Positions 21,253-33,350 of a stretch of DNA of 64,000 bases are shown piece after piece. Source of the DNA: an uncultured delta proteobacterium (lineage in GTDB: Bacteria > Desulfobacterota > WTBG01 > CAIYCZ01); NCBI GenBank assembly GCA_963803975.1, contig CAWDOY010000036.1, positions 1-64,000 of the forward strand, in the 5' to 3' direction. The position numbers were made by a program, and so were the translations under genes. The notes beneath the pieces are model-generated. The model ran no database searches and was not told the origin of the DNA. It worked only from the letters and a program-made list of their open reading frames with translations. Numbering within the stretch: the first letter of the stretch is position 1; every line of letters starts with the position of its first letter.

Positions 21253-21872
21253 TTTTTCTCCTTTTCCTGTCTTTTAAAAAGGGGATTACACCGCCAGTCC
21301 TGGGAATAGCCCTTGCTCAGCGCCTCGTCTTTGGTGCGAAAGATGACGCGCTTGTCAAAAGAGAGTTCACGGGCAAAGCGGCAATTGGGGCGATGAAACT
21401 TCCTGCTTCCCTTGGACGCGATATAATAGGCCTCATCATTCGGGTCTTCAAATGCCCAGATGCCTCTGCGTTTTTTTCGCGCTTCCTTCTGCAGGGAAAT
21501 AAACAGGTCAGCATATTTCTGGTTAGGCGGTACGATATAGGCAATGCCAAAACCGTTCTTTAAGAGCTGCGCGTTGACAAATATATCTCCCGCGTACACA
21601 TACCCGAGGAGGTCTTTATCACTGTTTTTGCGCGCGTCGTATTCAATTTCGATCTTTTTCTGCTCAACAAGTTTCTTATTTGCCTGCCGGGCATCTTCGA
21701 AAAAAAAGTTTCCTTCACCGGGAGCATCGACACCGATATACCGTACCCGCTCTCCCCCGGACAGTTTTATAAGCTCGCCGCTCAGCACTTTTTTCACCAC
21801 GAGCTGTTCAGCACGCAGCGGTTGAGAGAACAAAAGCAGCAGTAATGTGCAGAGGAAAATCTTGTATCTCAT
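21249..21872 (-). CDS. Thermonuclease (SNase)-family protein with C-terminal Ada metal-binding-like domain
   Basis: VRYIGVDAP, LLGYVY...VNAQLLKNGFG, ARKKRRGIW; FHRPNC...CNP. Confidence 0.85.
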   Translation of the reverse strand: MRYKIFLCTLLLLLFSQPLRAEQLVVKKVLSGELIKLSGGERVRYIGVDAPGEGNFFFEDARQANKKLVEQKKIEIEYDARKNSDKDLLGYVYAGDIFVNAQLLKNGFGIAYIVPPNQKYADLFISLQKEARKKRRGIWAFEDPNDEAYYIASKGSRKFHRPNCRFARELSFDKRVIFRTKDEALSKGYSQDWRCNPLFKRQEKEKK

Positions 21873-21971
21873 ATCAATGATACGCAGTGCTATTCATAAT
21901 GGAATTATTAAATACTATAAAATACGATGAGGCAATTGTAAATTGGATTTCTCATTGCATGGGTGGCTTAC

Positions 21972-22011
21972 AAAAAGAAAAGGTGCCTGGCACGGAGCCA
22001 GGCACCTTTTT
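21972..22011 (-). terminator. Terminator of uptake operon 1
   Basis: aaaaggtgcctggc...gccaggcacctttt with A/T tracts on both sides. Confidence 0.8.
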
Positions 22012-22034
22012 ACGCGGTATGCGAAAGCGGGAGA

Positions 22035-23298
22035 TTAATAACCGCGCTTCTGCAGATACTGAAGGGTAAACATATCCATGGGGAACTGCTGACCAAATTC
22101 AAATTTCGGAGATTGCCATCGTCGCATGGGTTCGCTGAACGTCAATCATCTGACCGGCATTGAAATGGGTAACCGGAACACCGTTATAGCCCTTGCCGAC
22201 AAAACCGATCTGGTCCTGCACCTTCCAGAGTTTACCCTGGCGGTCATAGCGGTCGGAATAAAGCATCTGCCATGATTCGGGATCGAGATACCATATCATT
22301 TTAGTATACAGGAAGTTTGCCTCCCGGTTAACTGCTTCTACGACATGCATTTTTACCCGTTCCCGCTGCAGGCCTTTCCAGATGCATTCACCCGGCTTAT
22401 GCTCAAGCTTTTTTGCATCATTATGCCTGCTCATGAGCAGCTCTTTTGCGCCGAGGATACTTGTAGGTATTGATGCTGACCGGGCCGTCCCATCCAAGGT
22501 TGTCATACGCGCAGTAGTCGCCGCCGCCCTGGGCATCCTGGCGCTCGCTGGTGGAACGGCGCCTGATGCGGCGGATGGAAGGCATCCAGAACCAGGAGTC
22601 AAAGGCCTTCGTGCGGTCTTTGTAATTGATTTCCATGATGCGCATGTTGCGGGTCTCGGGAGGCGCAAGCTGCAGCATGGTGAAAGCGCGCCATATCTGT
22701 TTGGGGTTGTCGGGTATTCGGGGCACCGGCGGGGTGTCAGTCCTGCCGGAAATGAAACGACATGTTGTTTTGTACCGTAAGGGTCATGTCATATTTCAGC
22801 TTGCCGTCGACGATATAGCCGTCACGTCCTGATTTTTATAGGCATCGCCGTAGTCACGGCACCTGAAATTGTGGGCCATTTGCAGGGCATTGTCTTTGGT
22901 GTCAGGGAAGGGGACCCCGGCAGTCCAGTTTACTATCTCTCGTTGGCATCGATGCTTGGACTGGCCGTAGTATTCCTTGGTGGCTTTAATATAACCGGGA
23001 GAATAGGGCACTTCTGGTAGGGGGCGATCACAAACCAGTTGTCACCCCAGTGGTTGGTGTCCTTCATGAGGCGTACAGTGCTCTCCGGGAGAAACTCCTT
23101 TACCTCGTCAACATTGGCCGCGGTAATTTTCTTGCCGGCAAAGGTCTTTTCCCATTCGCGTACCTTTGCCAGTTCATCTCCCTGGTAGAGGCAGCGGGAA
23201 AGTTGATATCAGCAGCCAGCACCACATCAGGCACCAGCATGAACAGCGCACACAGCAGCGCAACGAACTTTCTGATATTCTTTTTTATATGACATCAT
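22035..23298 (-). CDS. DUF1329 family periplasmic lipoprotein-sorting-like protein (copy 1), several frameshifts
   Basis: Fragments WTAGVPFP, WFWMPSIRRIRR, WYLDPESW...YDRQGKLWK and terminal LQKRGY match the intact paralog 44428..45741. Confidence 0.8.
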
Positions 23299-23316
23299 GT
23301 ACCTCCCTCCCGTTTA

Positions 23317-24863
23317 TTAGAATTCGTATGTTATGTCAAATGTACGTGTATCAAGTGGACCCGTGGGATAGCCTTTCACGGTTGACCCCTCAACATAGTT
23401 AAGATACCGGACCATGTACGTCCAGCGGAATGTGGGCTTGAAGGCGGTCATAAGCGTGTAATAGCTCTTGCCGGGGGTGAGCTGATAGGCTGCGTAAAGG
23501 CCGACCAGGATTCTATCGTTCCAGAACCCGTAGTCGATAGCCTCGGTCATGGTTGCCCAGTAATGGCGGTCCGCGGAATAGGTATTGTACGGGAAAATCT
23601 GGTAGGTGCTCTTGATTGCTCGGTATCCACTCCTGGCCAGCTGGGTAGAGGTGCTGAGGAGCTTGCCGCGGTTCCACTGGCTGATCCAGGGTAAATAGAT
23701 TTTGCCGTCCCAGCGCAATAGTGTCAGCGTAACGGTTATAGCTGCGGGTATCATTGTTGATGCCCACGAGATCAGCGCACTTTTTGCTCAATTCCGCGAT
23801 GAATTCGTTTCGCAGCACACAGCCGCTCATTCGCACCGGCGTGCAGGGGATAAGCGGAATCACCTGAGCAATGGGCCGGTTAAAGGTGAAGCCGTATTGA
23901 ATTGTAGCGCTGGAAGTTTGTCACATCCTTGTCCGGCGGAACGAGCCGCCGAGAGCACCGGGTCCGAGAGCAGCTATAAGCTGCGCCTCCAAGGCTTTGC
24001 CGGTTTTGTACGTACCGTTCGGGTTGCGCTTATTCATGATAAAAGAAGGTCCAGTCAAAACCCCAGGTAAAGCCCCTGATTCTGAAGCCTATTGCCGGGT
24101 CTCCCCAGGATGAGGGCTTGTCGCGGTAGGTCGATAAGAAAGAGCTCGTTGGGATGCTGCAAGGCATTAAATGATCGGGGTGCATCAGGTGGTAGCCTGC
24201 CGGCCAGTTGTAGTTGGGCTCAAAGTCAGGGATAATAAGGCCTTCAAAGGTCATGTCTAGCGGGCAGGCCGCGGGGGGTATAATAAAGCCTGAGCATCCA
24301 CAGGCCGCGTTTTATCTCGGCAAAGTCAGGGTAGCCGGGATTCAGCAGCCCGCGTAAATCAACGGGGTTGACAATGTCGGCGGTGCGCTCAAACGAGGTC
24401 TCGCCCCAGGATACAATCTGCTTGCCGGCGCGGACCTGGAACAGGGAGGTCGTGTACTCAAGATACAGTTCGCGGCAGACATCGCGAAAGGTCTGATAGG
24501 AGCGCAGCTGGCTGATGCCCTTGTGACCGCTCATGTGCCGCACATAATCATTAAAGCCGCTGTCAACCTTGTCCGCATAATCATAGAACTGCTTCCAGAC
24601 CCCGTAGGCGTTCCACTCGTGGTCCGGGCACTGCTGGATGTGATACATGGTCTCAAGCTTCAATGAGGTGCGGAAATTGAAGATGTCGTAGTCATAGAGC
24701 TGGCCGGGGGAGGTGTTGTTTGTCCGCAAGTTGAGCTGCTCTGAAATCTTGCCGTGGACGACGAACTTGCCGTCGCAAAGTCAATGGCAGAAGCACCTCC
24801 TGCCATTACCGCCAGAAGCAGCGCGGAGAGTAAAACTGATAGATAATACAGTCTCTTTTTCAT
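23317..24863 (-). CDS. DUF1302 family outer-membrane beta-barrel (copy 1), several frameshifts
   Basis: Signal peptide; VRAGKQIVSWGET...DIVNPVDLR, RIRGFTWGFDWTF; terminal YEF beta-signal; paralog of 42784..44358. Confidence 0.8.
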
Positions 24864-25011
24864 AGGCCCTCCTTTGGTTAAATTTGTTATTCAATACCCC
24901 TGAATTGTATGCTAAGGAACTTATAGTAAAAATAATTCAGCATGTAAAGAAATTTTTAGCAGAATTATACAAAAAATAAGTTCCTATTTTCCAGCTACTT
25001 GCCCTGCTTTT

Positions 25012-27367
25012 TCAGAGGAATTTCGGTTTGAACAGGAGTATCAGCACCGGCACCAGAAATACCGCTCCCAGGCAATTGAGGAACAGGATGACCGCCAGCA
25101 TGAGCCCCATCTGCGCCTGGAACTTGAGACCCGAGAGCGTCCACACCAGGAGGCCGATGACCAGGGTCCCGGCAATGGCGATGATTGACTTTGAGTAGCT
25201 GCGGATGGTGCGCATCAGAGCCTCCTCAAGGGTGATGGACGGATCAGTTTCTTTTCTCCTCCTCCACGCGCGCCAGCAGGTATATCCCGTAATCAACCCC
25301 CATGCCGATACCTGCGGCGGAGACCGGCAGCGTTGATATGGAAAGGCCGATCTGGTTCAAGGCCATATAGGCATAGGCCATCCAGTTGGAGATGGCCAGC
25401 GGTATGGTGAGGATGAGCCCGGCCTTGAATGACTTAAACTCAAGGGTGCAGAAGAAGAAAACCCCCAGCAGTGCCAGGAACAGTGTCTGCAGCTGCTTGT
25501 CCCAGACCACCTCGTTGATTGCCGCCTCAGTGCCGATGACGCCGCCGGCAAGCCGGTATTTAAAGCCTTCCGGCAGTTTGGACAGCCCATTGATATATTG
25601 TTTTGCCGTGTCAATGGCGCGCTTTATGGTGGGCCCGGTCTTGTCGGTATAAAAGACCACGAGGTTGGTCTGCATGATCTTGGGGTCGACGAACTTGTTC
25701 ATGTCCCCGGGATCGCCGGACTGAGCGAGGCCGACAAGATAGGCGTTGGCCGGACCGGGTCTTCCGCAGAGCCCATCCATTTCGGGTCGTCCTCGTGGAA
25801 CTTCTGCGGCATGACCATGAGGGGGGATATCGATATTCTGAAAGCCGGCGCTGCCCCGGATTTTTTCATCATGTAATAGGAGAAATTTTTAACATCCACC
25901 ATCGATTGCGGGTCGGTGAGGGAGCGCTGCTTTTCGCCCTCCACCATGATATAGAGCGGGTTGATGAGGGGCAGGTTCTGATTGATGCGCACGCTGTCCT
26001 GGTTGTAGCGGGAAGACGGGTAGAGAAGATTTGACCCCACCTCGGCATCGCCCACTATCAGCTTCTCTGACCAGTAGTAGGAAAAAACGGTTATGAGCAC
26101 GCTGACAACAATAACAATGTAGCGTCCCTTGCCGACAATCCACGGGGCAAGCCAGTCGGCAAACTTGTTCTCCCAGCCCTTGCGCTGCTCATCCTGGAGC
26201 CGCAGATGTTCTATGTGCTTCAGCAGCTTTGGCGATACCGGCACATAGGTGAGCAGCACCGGCGTCAGAATAAGGCCCACGATGACCGTGATGACTGACC
26301 AGAACGCGCCGGCTATGGCAATGTGCTGCAGCACCGGTACCGGCGTGATGGCGATGATGGCGATGCCGAAGGCATCGGTTATAATACTGGTCAGTCCGGG
26401 GAGGAACATCTGTTCGATAATCACCCGCACGCCTGCCAGGGCGTCTTTGGTTTTGATGTACTCCTCATAGTAGCGGTTATAGAGCTGGTGAGAGTGGCGG
26501 AAGGCCATGAGAGAGATAAGAAACGGCAGCACAAACACCAGCGGGTCAAGGTTATAGCCCATGATGGCCATGAAGCCGAGGCCCCAGATGCCTGAAACGA
26601 CTGCTGCCAGAGGGACAATCAGCACCGCCCAGAAGGAGCGGTACGCAAGGAAAAGAAGCAGGGGGATTATCACCAGGGTGGCCCCCATGATGTAGTTCAT
26701 GGTGTCGATCATGCTGGCCACCACGCCCAGATGCATGGGATGACCGACGATGGAAACGGTGGTGTTGGCGTCTTCGGTTTTGGCGCGGAGGCGATCGAGC
26801 TCTTTGGTTATCCCGGCGTAGTCAAGGGCCTCTTCTTCAAAGAAGTCCGCGTAGATAAGAGATTTTTTTGAGTCGAGGGAGACATAGGAGCCGTAATAGG
26901 CCTCGTTGGAGTAGATCGCCTCTTTTAATTTCTGCATCTCCTGGTCTGTTTTCGGCACCTCCGGCCACATGAGAGATGTTGCTTCAATGCCCCAGGAGGT
27001 TATCTTGGGGTTTTTCAGCTTGCGGGAGGCAATAGAAATAATTTTGTAACGGTCAATGCCGGGGATTGCCTCAAGCTCGTTGGTGATATAGCGTATCTTC
27101 CCCAGGGTGTCTTTGTTGAAGATGTCGCCGTCTTTCACCGAGACCATGATAACCAGAAAATTGGCCCCGCCAAAGGTTTTGCGGAAATCATTGTGGACTT
27201 TGATGTATTCATGGGTCTGGGGCAGGAGCTCGTTGAAATTGGTGCTGAGGGTGAGGGTCCGCATCTTAGTAGGCAAAAAATACCGTAATGCCGGCTATTA
27301 TCAGCAGCACCAGCAGGCGTCTTTTAATAACAAAGTCGGCTAACTTTTTCACAAACAGTTCGGTCAT
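25012..27367 (-). CDS. MMPL/RND-family transporter (copy 1), frameshifted
   Basis: LLPQTHEYIKVHNDFRKTFGGAN, NLDPLVFVLPFLIS, GIGMGVDYGIY, VLILLFKPKFL. Confidence 0.88.
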
Positions 27368-27419
27368 AGGTCTTCCCTTTAATAAAAGATTAACATCTGA
27401 ATTACATCACGCCGGGTAT

Positions 27420-28483
27420 TTATTTATGCGTTACGGGTATACCGGAAAGCATGGCCCAGGTTTTACCCCCGTCTTCTGTTTTGATAATGGTTCCGCGTGA
27501 GCCTACTGCCCAGCCGTTGAGACCGTCACAGAAATCCATGTCGCGCAGCCAGAATTTGGTGTTGGTGGCATCGGCATGCAACTCCCAGGTTTTGCCGTTG
27601 TCCGCGGAATGGAGGTAGGTGCCTTTCTGCCCCACTGCCCAGAGGTTCCCCTCCCGGGCAACAATTTTATAGAGGGTGAGTTTTCTCTCTTCAGCCGGGT
27701 TCTTCAGTTTTTTCCAGGTTAAGCCGCCATCCTCGGTGGCGATGATGGTAGAGTCCATTCCCGAGGCCCAGCCGTGCTGCGGATCGGCAAACCAGACGCT
27801 GTAGAGCGACGGGGCAGGGGTCTCCCACTGGGTTTTATCCACTATTGGGATAATCTCTCTGCACTCCTGCTTTTGCCAGGTTTTGCCGCCGTCCGTGGTG
27901 TGATAGATGAGGCTGGTTTCACCGACAACCCAGCCGTTATTCTGATCCGTAAAGTAGATACTGTTGTAAATCTTGTCTTCTCCAGAGCCCTGGCTGACCC
28001 AGGTGGCGCCGCCGTCACTGGTATGGATGATGGTGCCGAGGTCTCCCGCGGCCCAGCCGTTGCGCTCGTCGACAAACATCAGGGTAAAGAGATGGTTGGT
28101 CACTCCAGTTTTTTGCCGAACCCAGGTTTTGCCGCCGTCAGTGGTATGCAGCATGAGGCCTTCCCGGCCGCTTATCCATCCAATAGCAGGCGTGACAAAG
28201 GACACGGCGCTGAGGTTGTTCTCAACCCCGCTTTTCTGGAACTCCAGGTCTTTCCGCCATCCGACGTACAGACAATCACCGAGTTGAAGCCCACTATCCA
28301 GGTGTGCTGACGGTCAAGGCAGTCAACGGCAAAAAGATTATCAGTGGTGACAATGGGAAAGGGTGGCTTCTGGGGAGTTGGCGGCTGGACCCTGCTGCAT
28401 GAGGAGACAAGAAAAGCTGGCAGGATGAGCAGAAAACAGAGCAGGGCAGGTGTAGCAGTTTTTGATTTACCGAACATACACAT
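27420..28483 (-). CDS. YCF48/BNR-repeat beta-propeller lipoprotein (copy 1), frameshift ~28250
   Basis: VSSC lipobox; repeated GW..G..G.I.HT.DGG.TW. Confidence 0.88.
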
Positions 28484-28590
28484 TGTGGCTTACCTCATAT
28501 TCGTGGTTGAATAACGTTATCATTCACTTTGGGGCTATTATAAAATATATTTCCCGGAAAATGTCAATTGAGGCAATCACTAATTTATGG

Positions 28591-28608
28591 GTAGGGGAAT
28601 CCCCTATG
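28591..28608. promoter_or_regulatory. Palindromic site GTAGGGGAATCCCCTATG upstream of uptake operon 1
   Basis: Identical to 7600-7617; overlaps the response-regulator stop codon. Confidence 0.6.
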
Positions 28609-29290
28609 GAAGTTCTCCGCTTAATACCCAGTGAATGGCATGCTGGACCAGCTCAGCGGAGCTTTTGAGATTGAGCTTCTCCTTGATGTTTGCCCGGTAT
28701 GCTTCAACGGTTTTGATGCTGATGTTCAGGCTGTCGGCAACCTGTCGGGTGCCGAGGCCGCGGCCAAGCAGCTGAAATACCTGCAGCTCGCGGTCACTGA
28801 GCAGCTCAATCGACGAGGTCGTTTCATCGCGGCGGCTGTCAATGAAGGTATTGAGCATTTTGGCGCTCATGGCATCGCTCAGGAAAATTTTCCCCTGCAG
28901 CACCTGCCGGATAGCAATGATGACTCTTTCCGGTGCTTCCTGCTTCATAATATAACCTTTTGCGCCGGCACGCAGGGCACGTTCGGCGTATAGAGTTTCA
29001 TCATGCATGGACAGTACCAGCAGAGGTAAATCAGGGTGCTGCAGGCGGATGGTTTTGATGAGCTCAATGCCGCTGTCGTGGCCGAGAGATATATCAATGA
29101 TGGCAATGTCCGGTTTCAAGTCCTGGATGGCAGGCAGCACCGAACGGGCGTTTTCAGCCTCGCCGCACACCATCAGGTCAGGTTCCTGGTCAATCAGGAG
29201 CTTGAGCCCCTGACGGACGATGGGGTGGTCGTCCACGATAAATACCCGGGAACGGATTCTGTTTTTTTCCGGCCGGATTGCAGCCGTCAT
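28604..29290 (-). CDS. NarL/LuxR-family response regulator
   Basis: IVDDHPIVRQG, PDIAIIDISL, GYIMK, LSDRELQVFQL...ISIKTVEAYRANIKEKL. Confidence 0.95.
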   Translation of the reverse strand: MTAAIRPEKNRIRSRVFIVDDHPIVRQGLKLLIDQEPDLMVCGEAENARSVLPAIQDLKPDIAIIDISLGHDSGIELIKTIRLQHPDLPLLVLSMHDETLYAERALRAGAKGYIMKQEAPERVIIAIRQVLQGKIFLSDAMSAKMLNTFIDSRRDETTSSIELLSDRELQVFQLLGRGLGTRQVADSLNISIKTVEAYRANIKEKLNLKSSAELVQHAIHWVLSGELP

Positions 29291-29292
29291 TA

Positions 29293-31318
29293 TTATCCCT
29301 CCAGCGCAGCAGTTTTTTGCAACGCACAGTTTACGACAGTTCCGCCGCCGGACCGCGCTTCAACAGACAGTGATGCTCCTATCATCTTGGCCCGGTAGCT
29401 CATGATATGCAGCCCCATGCCTTTACCGCGGTCAGGGGAAGGAGCTAATCCCACGCCATCATCCTCAATCGTGAGAACGGTTTGATCGTTGCGGAAAGAA
29501 AGACTAATGATGATATGTTTTGCCCGGCCGTGTTTCATAGCGTTATTGACCGCTTCCTGTGCAATGCGGAACAGGTGCGTCGCGGTGGTAGTGCTGGGGA
29601 TAACCACCGAGCCGTCTCCGTGAAACAGGCAGGAGATGCTGAAAAGTCCGGTAACCGTATCGGCAAGCTCCCGCAGGGACAGCAGGAGGCCGTCTTCCCC
29701 CAGCGCAACCGGTGAAAGCCCGCGCGCCAGGCCCCGGGTCATTTCTATCGCCTGGTTCATAAGCCGCGTTATATCTTTCGCGTGAACGGTTTCATCGGAG
29801 GATTTCGCCGCCAGCTTCTGCTCCAGAACCTTGCTCAAAAAGGCGATGCCGGTCAGGTGCTGGGAGAGCCCGTCATGCAGATCCTGGCCGATCCTGATCC
29901 TGCTCGCGCCCGCTTATCTCGATGATCTCCCGTATGAGCTGCCGGTTCATGGTGGTGTCGTGGATAACCGCCATGATGCCGCTCACAGCTCCTGTGGCGT
30001 CGCGCAGTGGCGCCGCGGAAATGGTCAGATCAATTGGGGAGCCGTCTTTCTTATTACAGCGAATTTCAAAATCAGTAAAGCTGTTTCCCTGCGTCACCCG
30101 CTCCATCATACCCTGAACGTCGCGCTGTTTATCCGGCGGAACAAAGGGAAGCGGCCTGCCCAGCACTTCTTCCGCGCTCCAGCCGAACATGCGCTCTGCT
30201 GCCGGGTTCCACATTTTTACCTTCTGCCCTGCCGCAATGGAAACAATGGCCAGCGGCGAAGCTTCAATAAGAGCCATGAGCGCCTCGTTTGATTCAATAA
30301 GGGCCTCCTCGGCGCGTTTACGCTCGCTGACCTCCTTGACCAACTCAGATTTTTGCCGGAAAAAAGTGGTGATCAGCCGGGCGAGGTTGCCGAATTCAGT
30401 GCGGCTGCCTTCCAGCCGGTGAATGAGCTGCGGGTCTTCTGTTTTAAGATTGCGGGATGTCATGATTGAGTGGAATATTTACCCAACGCAGCAGAAAGTA
30501 GAAAATGCCGGTTATAATTGCCGAGGCAAACACGGCAAACAGCATTATTTGCCGTGTTGTCATCAGGTTTAATTCTTTTAACAGGGGAGATTCATTCATC
30601 ACGGAGACCAGCAGCCGGGGTTTGATCCATCCATAGAAAACACGGGAAAAACTGAACGAGCCGGTGCGGTAATTGTACGTATAGCTGCTGTCAACATTCT
30701 CTCCGGTGCCCCCGAGCGGCTGGACGGTAATGGTGCTTTCAGTCAGAATCGACAGCTCATCGATATAGTCCCGGCTCCACAGCCTCCCCGCCACCAGGAA
30801 TCCCGGGGAGCGGTTTCCGCAACCGGTCGCCTGCCGGCTGAACCGGCGCGGTCTGTATCTCCATGACGCCGTAGAGAGTGTTGATGAAGAAATGGCTGAA
30901 AAAATGTGATGCGAAAGACTGGAATCGAGGAGCCGGGGAGGGCTATGTTCTGCAGCTTCTCCCTGGCCAGGGCGGCATGGCTGAAGTACAGAGGGGAAAA
31001 AGCAGCATCAAATATCCACACGGCATGGATGTAAAAGCTCGAAAGAAACGGATCAATAGTGCTGTGCACCAGTTCCTGATTGCCGTTTGCTATAAAGCTG
31101 ACTATTTCATCCCGGTTGCTGAAATCATACGCGAACATTTCAAGGGATGCGCTTTCAAGCTTCAGGATTTTATCGAAGAGGGTGTTTTTTTCCAGGACGC
31201 GGGTCCGGATAATCATTTCTTCACGGCTGCGCTGGGAATAGCGCATCAGCATGAAAGCGGCAAGAAACAGGCAGGTAATGAAAAACAGCAGCAGGATGAT
31301 TTTGGTCTGTATTTTCAC
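29293..31318 (-). CDS. Membrane sensor histidine kinase (CHASE4-like periplasmic domain, PAS, HisKA_3, HATPase), frameshifted
   Basis: Two TM segments; PAS WNPAAERMFGW; GQDLHDGLSQHL in the shifted frame; RIAQEAVNNAMKH, DDGVG, GMGLHIM. Confidence 0.88.
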
Positions 31319-31496
31319 TGCACATTCTGGACGGCGGGTTTATCTTATTGGATGGAGTATATCACAGAAGGGCAGGGGGCAGTAATAGTAAATTTCAAAA
31401 CCGGTCCCGCGTTGAAGCAGAGTAGCAAAAAGGGAGACGGAAAACAAAATACGTGCCCGAAATTTTGCACCGGGCACTTGTTTAATAAAATTCCTG

Positions 31497-32396
31497 TTAG
31501 AGTCCTGGGCCGTAATAGTCGGTCCGCCAGAAGCCCTCCTTGAAATAGTGATTGAAAGCATCCTCATCGTTGAAAAGCAGGTGCCCGAGACTTACCGCGG
31601 AATCTTTTTCCAGCAGGGTGTTGATGAACTCTTCCGTGCCGGCTTTGGTGCCGCTTATCAGGGCAGCATCATCCTCGGGCTGCAGGCGGGCAAGTGCGGT
31701 CAGATAGGCATCAGCATAGAGCTTGAATGCTTCCAGTGCAGTATCATAGTATGCCTTGAGCTCGGCTTCATCGTCTGACTTGGGTTTCTGGATTTCAATG
31801 CGGTACTTTGATTTATAGGCTTCAAGATGTTTTGTGTATTTGCCCCGGTCTTCTCCGGTTCTCTGGTATTTTTCAACGAGCGCCAGCCCCTGGTCGAGCT
31901 TTGCAACCTCATCGCCGAAGAATGTGTCAACGTCGATTTCATCCATGTTGACATCATAAAAGTCCATGCTGAAGGAGGTGGACATTCCTGCCATACCTTT
32001 CAGTGCGTCGCCATGCAGATAGGGTGCCCGGATGTCGGCATTGGGCCGCACCACGAACGCCACATCACTGAAGGAGCCGGAATCCGGCGGCTCTTCAAAC
32101 TGGCTGATGCAGGCGGTTGCCATGTGGTCGCTTTCACCCGGATAGAGATGAACTTCAAGCTGGCTGGAGCCGAAAATCAAGCGGGGCAGCAGCGTCAGAT
32201 TCAGGACATAATTATCAAAGTCCTTTGCGATGTCGCGGGTATCGTATCCCGGCATGGCCTGAAATTTTGCCAGGAGGTACTCCTGCATGTTTTTATACAG
32301 GTCATAGTCTTTTTCCGGGGTCTTGGCGCAGGAAACAAGCAGCGGGATACAGCACAGCATCAGGATAGCAAACGAGAAAGATTTTGCATGTTTCAT
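31497..32396 (-). CDS. Lipoprotein with FDBR/red chlorophyll catabolite reductase-like fold
   Basis: LVSC lipobox; VVRPNADIRAPYLHGD, SMDFY, FKLYADAYL, EKDSAVSLGHLLF resemble FDBR/RCCR core and C-terminal motifs (by eye). Confidence 0.6.
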   Translation of the reverse strand: MKHAKSFSFAILMLCCIPLLVSCAKTPEKDYDLYKNMQEYLLAKFQAMPGYDTRDIAKDFDNYVLNLTLLPRLIFGSSQLEVHLYPGESDHMATACISQFEEPPDSGSFSDVAFVVRPNADIRAPYLHGDALKGMAGMSTSFSMDFYDVNMDEIDVDTFFGDEVAKLDQGLALVEKYQRTGEDRGKYTKHLEAYKSKYRIEIQKPKSDDEAELKAYYDTALEAFKLYADAYLTALARLQPEDDAALISGTKAGTEEFINTLLEKDSAVSLGHLLFNDEDAFNHYFKEGFWRTDYYGPGL

Positions 32397-32546
32397 AGGG
32401 ATACTCCTTGTGTGAGTTTATAAATATATAACCATGGTCTCTTAATAGGTAATAAAAGAGTTGATAATGGATGTCAAGGTGAAAAGCTGGATGTGTATGT
32501 ATTTAAAGTGAAAAGTGAAAGGTGAAAGGTGAAAGGGAGGATACTG

Positions 32547-33242
32547 TTAGCTTCTGTTAAGAAATTTGATGAGAAAGACAGCAGAGCCAGCCCCGTTTTC
32601 AATGAGATGGGCGATGACCGGCGTCAGCAGCGAGCCGCTCCACAGATAGCCCAGTGCGAAGAAGATGCCCATGCAAAAAAGCAGCACGGAGTTTTGCAGC
32701 GGAAAAAAGTGGTAGAGAGTGAAGATGAGCGACTGCAGGATGAGTGAAACCACGATACCAAAACGGTTTGACAAAACCGGCAGCAGCATGCCCCGGAAAA
32801 TAATTTCTTCACCGAAAGCATTAAGCAGGGCCGCCGTGAGCAGGAGCGCGATAGCGACAGCTGAACTGGTGTGCTCCAGGGCAGCGCCGCCGGTTGAAAC
32901 ATACGGGGTGCCAAACAGAAGATACGAGTATTTCTGGTAGAGACCGGCAAAGACCATCATCCCCGCAGCCAACACCACACCCTTCCACAGCGCCTGCCAC
33001 AGCCCGTTGTTTACCCAGCCGAGACAGGATGGGTTCAGGCCGGCAAGTTTCCATAGCAGAAAGAGAGGGATAATGGTCTTGGAAGAAATTACCAGAAAGG
33101 TGAGCAGGGCAGGGTAGATATCCCCGCGGGAAGCCAGCGTCGGGTGGAAAGCCTTTTCCAGAAGCACCAGGATACTGACAGCGATGATAACCGCTAAAGT
33201 TATACCGGGGGCTTTTGGATACTGCTGGAAGAGATTCAGCAT
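32547..33242 (-). CDS. CPBP-family intramembrane glutamic endopeptidase (Abi/CAAX)
   Basis: EEIIFRG, FTLYH and HLIEN motifs in a polytopic membrane protein. Confidence 0.88.
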   Translation of the reverse strand: MLNLFQQYPKAPGITLAVIIAVSILVLLEKAFHPTLASRGDIYPALLTFLVISSKTIIPLFLLWKLAGLNPSCLGWVNNGLWQALWKGVVLAAGMMVFAGLYQKYSYLLFGTPYVSTGGAALEHTSSAVAIALLLTAALLNAFGEEIIFRGMLLPVLSNRFGIVVSLILQSLIFTLYHFFPLQNSVLLFCMGIFFALGYLWSGSLLTPVIAHLIENGAGSAVFLIKFLNRS

Positions 33243-33350
33243 GGTACAATGCCTGCAGTGGAGAGACAAAATAAAATGTGGAAACCCGCGGCCGCTGCCG
33301 GAAGTTTCCACATTGCCGTGAACTATTGTTTCAGAACGGGCCTTAGATGC

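Noticed and set aside
32507..32537. Heptamer repeat GTGAAA(A/G)G
   Set aside because: Short intergenic simple repeat with no associated gene or structure.
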